Origin: a virus
Reading direction: 5' to 3' (one strand)
IMG/VR virus record: IMGVR_UViG_3300028534_000009
DNA: 41,031 bases
The notes under the pieces are model-generated. The model was not told where the DNA came from. It worked only from the letters and a program-made list of their open reading frames with translations, and made no database searches. Positions 8,072 through 14,620 of this stretch are shown one piece after another. Position 1 is the first letter of the stretch; each line of letters starts with the position of its first letter. The translations under genes and the position numbers were made by a program.

Positions 8072-8365
8072 TTATTCTGATGGTATTATTGCAGTAAAAA
8101 TGTAGTATTTTTGTTCGTTAATAATAAGGATTTTTGTATGTACAGGTTGAAAAATTAAATAAGCTTCAAGTTTTTTGCTTTGTTTTACTTCTTTTTTGAG
8201 TTCTTCTAAATTAACAGATTCAAAAGTTTTAAAATTTCTTATGTTTTTATCAATAGACAAATTTAAAATTTTCATTACAGCTCTTTTATTAAGTTTATAA
8301 AAGCCTTCGTCAATTTTGGTTGCTGTAGTATGTGAGGCTTCTACATACAAATCAACTTTTTTCAT
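8072..8365 (-). CDS. Hypothetical protein in an AT-rich island
   Basis: 97-aa ORF with a GGAGGTAAAAAA SD, overlapping the ferredoxin stop. Confidence 0.6.
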   Translation of the reverse strand: MKKVDLYVEASHTTATKIDEGFYKLNKRAVMKILNLSIDKNIRNFKTFESVNLEELKKEVKQSKKLEAYLIFQPVHTKILIINEQKYYIFTAIIPSE

Positions 8366-8592
8366 TTTTTTACCTCCTTAAATGTGATTGCTTTATTGCT
8401 ACATACCTTTAGACAATTAAGACACTTGACGCACTTATGTTTGAACCATCGAGGTGGATCGTGAAGGTTTGAAATGTGAAGAGCGTCGTGGGGACAGGAG
8501 TCAACGCAGGAAAAACAGCGTATGCATAACGAGTCTTCAATCGTGCGTGTAAAACCCTGAAACTTGTAGTCTTCTTCAGACCAGAAACACAT
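8362..8592 (-). CDS. 2x[4Fe-4S] ferredoxin-type protein
   Basis: Two CxxCxxCxxxC motifs: CIRCFSCVDSCP and CVKCLNCLKVCS. GGAGGTGTCG SD upstream. Confidence 0.8.
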   Translation of the reverse strand: MCFWSEEDYKFQGFTRTIEDSLCIRCFSCVDSCPHDALHISNLHDPPRWFKHKCVKCLNCLKVCSNKAITFKEVKK

Positions 8593-8605
8593 AACGACAC
8601 CTCCT

Positions 8606-8905
8606 TTAAAGGGATTTTAACATTTGTTCGTCTTTGTGTTTATCGTAATAATAGTCTATCAAGTCAGACATGGAGTCTTCCCTGGGTGGATTGTCTGGAA
8701 TTACTTCAAATTTTATGATGTTTTCGTTACTTGTCCAGGGAATGCAGTGCTTCTTGCCACAGGTAAAACACTGGAACGGATGCAAGACTGCACCACTACG
8801 AGCACGGAAAGGCTTGCCAACGAGGACACCGATGTGAACACCGTTAAGTTTTGAGCGTCTCCAGGTTATAGTACACTTAATTTTTTGACCTGGTTTTGGA
8901 TACAT
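8606..8905 (-). CDS. Hypothetical protein
   Basis: 99-aa ORF with a GGAGGCGTG SD. Confidence 0.6.
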   Translation of the reverse strand: MYPKPGQKIKCTITWRRSKLNGVHIGVLVGKPFRARSGAVLHPFQCFTCGKKHCIPWTSNENIIKFEVIPDNPPREDSMSDLIDYYYDKHKDEQMLKSL

Positions 8906-8915
8906 ACACGCCTCC

Positions 8916-9038
8916 TTATGGCATTATTATTTTTGCTAATTTTCCGAGCAATGTAAGACCGCAAGGGTCTTTAATTAAGCTCCAGACTAAAAGCAAAAGT
9001 AAAACCAATAACACGGGTAAAATATCGTTAAAGCGCAT
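8916..9038 (-). CDS. Small membrane protein (40 aa)
   Basis: MRFNDILPVLLVLLLLLVWSLIKDPCGLTLLGKLAKIIMP follows AAGGAGGCTTTT and fills the gap. It is not in the ORF track. Confidence 0.5.
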   Translation of the reverse strand: MRFNDILPVLLVLLLLLVWSLIKDPCGLTLLGKLAKIIMP

Positions 9039-9048
9039 AAAAGCCTCC

Positions 9049-9240
9049 TTAACTAAAGTTTAGTTTCTTCTGAAAAATATACACATAAAACACCTGTCCG
9101 TCCTCTGTTATGTCCTCGTAAAATTCTACTAAGTGGACGGGTAGGTTGATAAGTAAAGATTTTTTAATGGGATTTTTGGATTTAAAGAAGATGTAAAACC
9201 CTGATGTTGAAAGTATTTTGTTTAAAAGTTGCTTAAGCAT
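9049..9240 (-). CDS. Hypothetical protein
   Basis: 63-aa ORF with a GGAGGTGGCACT SD. Confidence 0.55.
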   Translation of the reverse strand: MLKQLLNKILSTSGFYIFFKSKNPIKKSLLINLPVHLVEFYEDITEDGQVFYVYIFQKKLNFS

Positions 9241-9257
9241 AGTGCCACCTCCTTTTT

Positions 9258-9503
9258 TTATTTTTTAGAAATTTCAATGTAAGGATAGATGTAAAAACCG
9301 CCTTTTACATCCCCTCCACCGTAAATCCGAATGCACTTTTTGGTTTCTATAACATCACCGCTTCTAAAAGAAGCATACTTTCTCGATGTAAAACCGAACT
9401 TAAGTCCATGTTTTTCTGCAAATTCACAGGCTTTTTGTTTATTAAAGCCTCTACCGTCAAAAACTTCTCTTTTAATTAACTCAATTAATTGTTTTGCTTT
9501 CAT
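9258..9503 (-). CDS. Hypothetical protein, first gene of the leftward arm
   Basis: 81-aa ORF with a GGAGGGAAGAAA SD. Confidence 0.6.
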   Translation of the reverse strand: MKAKQLIELIKREVFDGRGFNKQKACEFAEKHGLKFGFTSRKYASFRSGDVIETKKCIRIYGGGDVKGGFYIYPYIEISKK

Positions 9504-9688
9504 TTTCTTCCCTCCTTTTTGATTTTTTTCTTTTTCATTCTACAACTAACATTAACCCAAAACTCCATTTTTGTCAAACTCTAAAATCCACCATTAACAC
9601 TAATTATCCCAACAAAACCAAACCTAAGCTCTATCTTTCTAACTTTTTCGCTATTTTTCACGATTTTTACACCAGCTTCAACCCTTTG

Positions 9689-9716
9689 TTGACTAAGTCA
9701 CTAAAGAAAAGATAGT
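9689..9716 (+). promoter_or_regulatory. Candidate sigma70-type promoter TTGACT-16-GATAGT facing into the non-coding hub
   Basis: It has the same -35 hexamer and 16-nt spacer as the three plus-arm promoters. No ORF follows. A weak hairpin plus T5 lies at 9790-9811. Confidence 0.3.
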
Positions 9717-9900
9717 TGAAGTCTAACTCCTCATTTATCTTTAATTTTCGTGAAACCCGCATTATTTCTGGCTTAGCAGGAATTTTTGAGGCTTAATAAA
9801 GCCACCTTTTTGTAAAAAACAAAGTTCTATTGTAAAAAGATTTCGTTTTATAATAGCAATCGCGCAAACAAGTTTTACAGGGTTTATACTACCTCAAAAA

Positions 9901-10430
9901 TTCCGTGGAACACCGATGAATTCTAGGGTGCACGCTCACGAAAGTCGAGGTGTCTATCGTGTCACTTTTCTAAAATTCGTGTCTCCGTTCTAGCCCGCAT
10001 TATTCCTAGTATTGAGTTCTAATTGTAATTAAGATTCAGTTTCAGTTTAAAGTGGGGAATTTTTACCCAATTCTAGGAAGTGCTGATTACATCTAGGGTG
10101 CACGAAAATCAAAGAAAGTAACACATAATTCTATGGTTACAGTGATTCGTGACACGCTTCCGTGGAACACCGATGGTTCCTTGGATTGAGCTTGGTAATT
10201 CTATTGTTTAGTGAAGAATTTGGTTTAGTTAATTAATGGATAAAGTAGATTTGCTGGGAGCTAGGGCTGGTGCTGGCTAGATGGGAATTTATTTTTGTCA
10301 AGAAAGGCGTGGAACATTTCTCAGTTTTTGGAGCTGGAAGCCGTTCCGTGGAACACGCATAAATGCTGGGTTTCGAGCGCTGTGCGGTCGCCGTGCCTTT
10401 TGACGCCGTGTTACGAACCAGCGTGGAACA
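9901..10430 (+). repeat. Iteron-like array of five same-orientation CGTGGAACA copies
   Basis: Copies start at 9904, 10161, 10308, 10347 and 10422. Those at 9901-9918 and 10158-10175 are identical 18-mers TTCCGTGGAACACCGATG. They are interleaved with TCTAGGGTGCACG (9922, 10092) and CGTG(T/A)CAC (9958, 10148). Confidence 0.85.
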
Positions 10431-11007
10431 CTTCTGGTGGCACGATCCTATCATAACGGAGCGATTGAGACTCAATTGCGGTGTTACTCTTGGTCTGCTT
10501 TTATATTAATGTTGAGCTTAGTTAGTACTTACTTTCGTTTTATTGAATGGGGTTTTGGGTTTTATGGGGTTTTTGTCTTTATTATTTTTTTGTTTTTTCT
10601 TTAATGGGTCTTTCCCTTTATTAATTTTGCTTTACTAGTTTTTGCTTTAAGCGTTTCTGAAATTACCCTCTAATAGCCCCAGATTTGCCCTTATTTGCCT
10701 TTTAACTTTGCGGGCTAATGGTTTATACTTGCCTTAATCTTAAAGGGCCTTATAAGCCAAATTTGAGTCTATTTTCCCCTTTAGCCACCAGACATTTTGT
10801 TTGCACTCGAGCCTTTGATTCTCAGTCGCATTCGCAAAAGCATTCTTGCTCGCTTAAGCATTCTTACCTTGCCTTGATTGAACGCTTTTGATTCTGAGTC
10901 TGAGTCGCAGTCGCCTGGAGCAGGCGTTGGAACTTTGGCTGGCTGATGGATGTGGGCTTCACCTCTCCCCCCCCCAGGAGAATTTTAAACTATGCAAAGA
11001 GGGGTTG

Positions 11008-11058
11008 TTAAGGGGAGAATCCCCTTAAACTTGACTAAATAAAGAAGTAAGCTAAAAT
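11008..11058 (+). promoter_or_regulatory. Promoter P1 (TTGACT 11031-11036, 16-nt spacer, TAAAAT 11053-11058) preceded by the palindrome TTAAGGGG-N5-CCCCTTAA
   Basis: Read directly. It lies 29 nt upstream of the first rightward ORF (11087). Confidence 0.6.
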
Positions 11059-11086
11059 AATAAAAAAGAGCGCGGAGGGGAAGTGT

Positions 11087-11281
11087 ATGTACATAATCAA
11101 GAATCCGAAACTGCTCAGGGCGGTTGACAGGTTGATGCAGGTAGCGAGTGGTGAAGTAAAGCCTCAGCGTGGTAGAGGTGGTTTGGGAAGTGGAAGGTTT
11201 GATGTGTGTGTGGTGGACTTGGAGAAGGGTCGAGTTGGAGTAGAGGATGTGTTGAAGGAGAGAAAAGAGAGGAAGGGGTAA
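11087..11281 (+). CDS. Hypothetical protein (Gly/Arg-rich)
   Basis: 64-aa ORF with a GGAGGGGAAGTGT SD, directly downstream of P1. Confidence 0.55.
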   Translation: MYIIKNPKLLRAVDRLMQVASGEVKPQRGRGGLGSGRFDVCVVDLEKGRVGVEDVLKERKERKG

Positions 11282-11287
11282 GAGGGG

Positions 11288-12841
11288 ATGGATAAGGGGA
11301 GAGAGGTGAAGGAGAAGAAGGTGCGGTTTTTGGCGGACGAGGAGGTGTTATATCTCGTTGAGCAGTGTTTGCATGGTGTTGATGAGAGGCGGAGGTTGTA
11401 CGAGGGTTACTTGCGGGATTACTTAAACAATCGTGAGCAGAACATGATTTATGTGTTTCTCAATGCAGTGTTGTCGCTTATTTATTATCCTGACAATGTG
11501 GTGTTTGACATAAAGGGGAAGTACAGGTTTGCGGATGCGATGGCGGAGGAGTTGAAGACTTCGTTTTATCGTGATGGGCTTGACCTGTGGCTTTATGGTG
11601 TTATCACGCTTGGGTTAGTGCTTGGGTCTGTTATTGTTAAGAGTGTGTGGCGAGATGGTCGTGTTAAGCATATTCTCGTTATGCCTCACAACTTTGGTGT
11701 GTTATACGAGGACATGGATGAGATTGACAGTCGTTCTCAGGTAGTTTGTGAGGTTGCCTATCTCCCTTATCGTGAGGCTGTGTGGAAGTTTGGTGAAGAT
11801 GTGGTGCAGGCTGGAAAGATTGAAGGCGATAAGGGTCTCATTAATGGTGAGGGTTTGCTTGGGATCGTTTTAACTAAGGCTAAGCAGGCGTACCTTGAGC
11901 GTCCTGAGATAACAGGTGAGCCGAATTACGAAGAGATATTACAGCCACATACAGGCGACTATGTAGAGGTTAAGGAACTATGGGTGTACGACTACCATTT
12001 AGAAGACTGGGTTGTTTATCAGGTAATTGGCAGTCAGGTAGTGCGTCGTTTTCGTAATCCTTACTATAAAGGTATTCTCCCTTATTCGAACTTTACTGCT
12101 AACGACATTCCGAACTATTTCTGGGGTCGTTCTGAGATTTACTACTTACGCAACCTTCAAAAGAAGATTGACGAGTACCAGAGGCTCTTTGACGAGAGCA
12201 TAAACCTGCTCAAGAATCCACCTATACTCGTTAACGGGCAGGTAGCTGAAGAGGTAGCCGACGAAATCAAGCAGAAGCTTGTAACACCAGGGGAAATCGT
12301 ACCACTCCCGTTAGTAACGGGAGACATTAAGCCGTACGAAAGCAGGCTTAGTCCTGACATAGTGCTTCAGATATTCCAGAGTTACAAGAACCTTTTTATG
12401 GAAACTTCTGGATTATCTGAGATACTATTGGGGTCTTCCCTTAAAAATGTTCGTTCTGCTAGTCACGCTCAGATACTTGCCAACTTTGCTTCTGCTCCTC
12501 TTAAGCAGAAGGCATTGCGAGTGGAAGCCTTTATCGAACGCTTGATGACCACGCAAGCCTACTACACGATGCTAAACGAACCTAATTTATACGACCCGGA
12601 CGCAGACTTCATCGTCGAGGTTTACGCACACACTAGCTCCCCTATTACGATGATAGCCTACCAGGACATTCTATTCGAGCTAACCAAAGCAGGCTTGCTA
12701 CCCGTTGATGTCCTTATTGATGTACTTCCCATTCCACAAAAAGACCGAATAAAGCAGTACATAGCAATGAAAGAAATGATGGCGATGCAACAAGCCGTCC
12801 AACAGCAACAGCAGCCTCAAACGAAAAAGGAGAAGAAGTGA
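11288..12841 (+). CDS. Putative portal (head-tail connector) protein
   Basis: 517 aa, first large gene of the virion arm, with a Q-rich C-terminus. The size and general sequence character fit a portal. No diagnostic motif was verified. Confidence 0.5.
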   Translation: MDKGREVKEKKVRFLADEEVLYLVEQCLHGVDERRRLYEGYLRDYLNNREQNMIYVFLNAVLSLIYYPDNVVFDIKGKYRFADAMAEELKTSFYRDGLDLWLYGVITLGLVLGSVIVKSVWRDGRVKHILVMPHNFGVLYEDMDEIDSRSQVVCEVAYLPYREAVWKFGEDVVQAGKIEGDKGLINGEGLLGIVLTKAKQAYLERPEITGEPNYEEILQPHTGDYVEVKELWVYDYHLEDWVVYQVIGSQVVRRFRNPYYKGILPYSNFTANDIPNYFWGRSEIYYLRNLQKKIDEYQRLFDESINLLKNPPILVNGQVAEEVADEIKQKLVTPGEIVPLPLVTGDIKPYESRLSPDIVLQIFQSYKNLFMETSGLSEILLGSSLKNVRSASHAQILANFASAPLKQKALRVEAFIERLMTTQAYYTMLNEPNLYDPDADFIVEVYAHTSSPITMIAYQDILFELTKAGLLPVDVLIDVLPIPQKDRIKQYIAMKEMMAMQQAVQQQQQPQTKKEKK

Positions 12842-12955
12842 TTAGCCCAGGAGCCAGCCTCCCCTCCACCCTGCCTCCCTCTTCCAGGTGCCACCTCCTC
12901 TCTGGGCTTCTGGGCACCCATTTCCAACCACCAAGCCACCAACCACCCAAGCAAA
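12842..12955 (+). terminator. C-rich, G-poor tract, a possible rut site / Rho-dependent terminator after the portal gene
   Basis: By hand count about 54 C against 17 G in about 114 nt. It contains the tandem CCAACCACCAAGC / CCAACCACCCAAGC (12924-12952), then a G9 run (12956-12964). Confidence 0.3.
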
Positions 12956-12967
12956 GGGGGGGGGTTG

Positions 12968-13018
12968 ATAAGGGGGTACTCCCCCTTATATTGACTTTTT
13001 CTATTTTTGTGCTATAAA
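12968..13018 (+). promoter_or_regulatory. Promoter P2 (TTGACT 12991-12996, 16-nt spacer, TGcTATAAA to 13018) preceded by the palindrome ATAAGGGGG-N4-CCCCCTTAT
   Basis: Read directly. It is nearly identical to P3 across about 38 nt and has an extended -10 TG. Confidence 0.65.
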
Positions 13019-13154
13019 ACTTAATAAGATGGAAAACAAAGTGAAGCTGGCGATAGAAAGTGGGGTTAAGGCGGAAGGGAAGAATAACAAGGTTTCATGT
13101 GCCAGAGCCGTTGTTTGTGAGAAGACGCAAGAAGTATAACCGAAAGAAGAAAAG

Positions 13155-13265
13155 CCCAGCCCAGCCGAAACTAACTAGGAGGTAGTCGAGATGGCAAGAA
13201 GGAAGCACAGGAAAAAGAAAAGAGGACGCAAGTAACTAACCTCTGATGAGGACGGCTGGGCTGGG
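13155..13265 (+). repeat. Perfect 13-bp GC-rich inverted repeat (CCCAGCCCAGCCG / CGGCTGGGCTGGG) enclosing an SD and a 14-codon ORF
   Basis: The arms at 13155-13167 and 13253-13265 are exact reverse complements. Confidence 0.9.
13191..13235 (+). CDS. Micro-ORF encoding MARRKHRKKKRGRK (14 aa, 11 basic)
   Basis: AGGAGGTAGTCGAG precedes the ATG. The ORF lies inside the 13-bp inverted repeat in the leader of the 13308 operon. Translation is unproven. Confidence 0.35.
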   Translation: MARRKHRKKKRGRK

Positions 13266-13307
13266 TGTTGAAAGTTTAGATAAAAAGCTGAAAAGGAGGT
13301 TTAGCAA

Positions 13308-13898
13308 ATGGCTCATTTTTACATTAGCGACAATCAGCCAGTTAATCCCGTTAGTGGTGATTTTTGGTTTAAGCCTAGTGATAATAAGGTTTACAAGTTT
13401 GACGGTTCAGCGTGGAACGAGTTAGCTGGATTGCCTATTGACTTCAGTACATTATTTTCTGGAACGGTTCCTATTGAAGGGTTGGTATTGGCTTATGCAT
13501 TGCTTGCTGATACTGGATTGCCAAGTGCAGTGAAGGCACACTTTGTTAAGTCTGCTGCTCCTACAGTTGGAACTGGTGGAGTTTACGGTGCAGCGGTTGA
13601 CATTGAGCCTGCTGCTAACAAGTCTATCTTGCCCTTACAAGTCAAGACTTCTACGGCAGGAACTTTTGGTACAGGTGAAACCGTTACTGTTCGTGTTACT
13701 GCTACTTTCAGTGATGGTACTACTGCTTCCGTTACCAAGACTCACAGTGCAGCGGGAGACATCTGGTTTGCAGAGGCAGACCTTGCTGGATTGATGAAAG
13801 ACGGCGCTTACATAACGAAGCTATCTGTTGACGCAACTTCAAGTGCTGCTACTACGGCGGTAATTGCAAGCGTTGATGTGTACGGGTTGCAGGTATAA
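13308..13898 (+). CDS. Fibre- or decoration-like virion protein
   Basis: AAAGGAGGTTTAGCAA SD. The N-terminus is GDFWFKPSDNKVYKFDGSAWNEL, a motif class seen at phage fibre N-termini. The body is Thr/Ala/Val/Gly-rich and beta-like. Confidence 0.5.
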   Translation: MAHFYISDNQPVNPVSGDFWFKPSDNKVYKFDGSAWNELAGLPIDFSTLFSGTVPIEGLVLAYALLADTGLPSAVKAHFVKSAAPTVGTGGVYGAAVDIEPAANKSILPLQVKTSTAGTFGTGETVTVRVTATFSDGTTASVTKTHSAAGDIWFAEADLAGLMKDGAYITKLSVDATSSAATTAVIASVDVYGLQV

Positions 13899-14203
13899 TG
13901 ATTGGGCGTGTATTTTGGGACATAGAGCCGTTATTTGAGAAGGCTGTACCGAAAGTAGTTAAAGAGCTTGTGTGTCCTGTTTGTGGTTTTGGCAACTTTT
14001 TCTTTAAGCACGCACACGCATTCAGGAGAGGAGCAGGGCAGTACAGGGTGGACATAGCGGTTAAGTGTGAAGCGTGTGCATTGGTGTTGCAGTTTGGGGT
14101 GCACATAAGTCAACACGAATACGAGGCTTTGGTTAAAGTTTGGGGCAAGCAAACGCTTGATTACAACGATGTTGGGCACATTAAAATTGAAACAGGAGGT
14201 TAA
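13898..14203 (+). CDS. Zinc-ribbon protein (CPVC...CEAC)
   Basis: 101-aa ORF whose start overlaps the upstream stop (TAATG). Confidence 0.55.
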   Translation: MIGRVFWDIEPLFEKAVPKVVKELVCPVCGFGNFFFKHAHAFRRGAGQYRVDIAVKCEACALVLQFGVHISQHEYEALVKVWGKQTLDYNDVGHIKIETGG

Positions 14204-14205
14204 CG

Positions 14206-14607
14206 ATGCCTACTATAGACGACTTGAGAGCAATAGCAGGAAGTGAAGCACCAGCGGGAGCAGAAAATGCACCAGAAACACAGGCACAGGAACAGGCAGA
14301 ACCAGCGCCAGCAGGAATGCAGATAGGAGCACCTGCGGGTGGCGAAGAGATGATGCAGGCTGGTGTTAACATGCTTGCCAAAACTGTCGTAGCCAATGCT
14401 ATCGTTTCCTTAGAGGATGTTATTCCTCTTATTGGTTCTACTTCTGACTTAGGCAAAGCTATTGATAAGGCAATCAAGTCTCTTTCCAAGCATGTGGACA
14501 AAGACTTGATTGAAAAGATAAGAGCTACCAAAACACAAATGACTGCTCAGGCGTTAGGTGGAATAATGGGTGGAGGAGCACCTGCAGGAGCACCACCAGT
14601 TGTATAA
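14206..14607 (+). CDS. Hypothetical virion-arm protein with Ala/Gly/Pro-rich termini
   Basis: AGGAGGTTAACG SD, 133 aa. The antisense ORF 14181..14531 was rejected. Confidence 0.6.
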   Translation: MPTIDDLRAIAGSEAPAGAENAPETQAQEQAEPAPAGMQIGAPAGGEEMMQAGVNMLAKTVVANAIVSLEDVIPLIGSTSDLGKAIDKAIKSLSKHVDKDLIEKIRATKTQMTAQALGGIMGGGAPAGAPPVV

Positions 14608-14620
14608 GGGGGTGGTGTAA

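Noticed and set aside
9901-10430. Possible mini-CRISPR array
   Set aside because: The repeat units are only 9-18 nt, the spacings are irregular (257, 147, 39 and 75 nt), and several different motifs are interleaved. This does not fit CRISPR repeat-spacer periodicity.
9494-10475. ORFs 9494..9715 (+) and 10233..10475 (-) inside the hub
   Set aside because: They have no SD, and their Ser/Thr/Pro/Cys-rich or Phe/Leu-rich composition is unlike the K/E-rich phage proteins. 10233..10475 runs straight through the CGTGGAACA repeats.
12714-12950. ORF 12714..12950 (-), a Gly/Trp-rich 78 aa
   Set aside because: It is the antisense reading of the C-rich tract, overlaps the portal 3' end, and has no SD. 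It is a compositional artefact.
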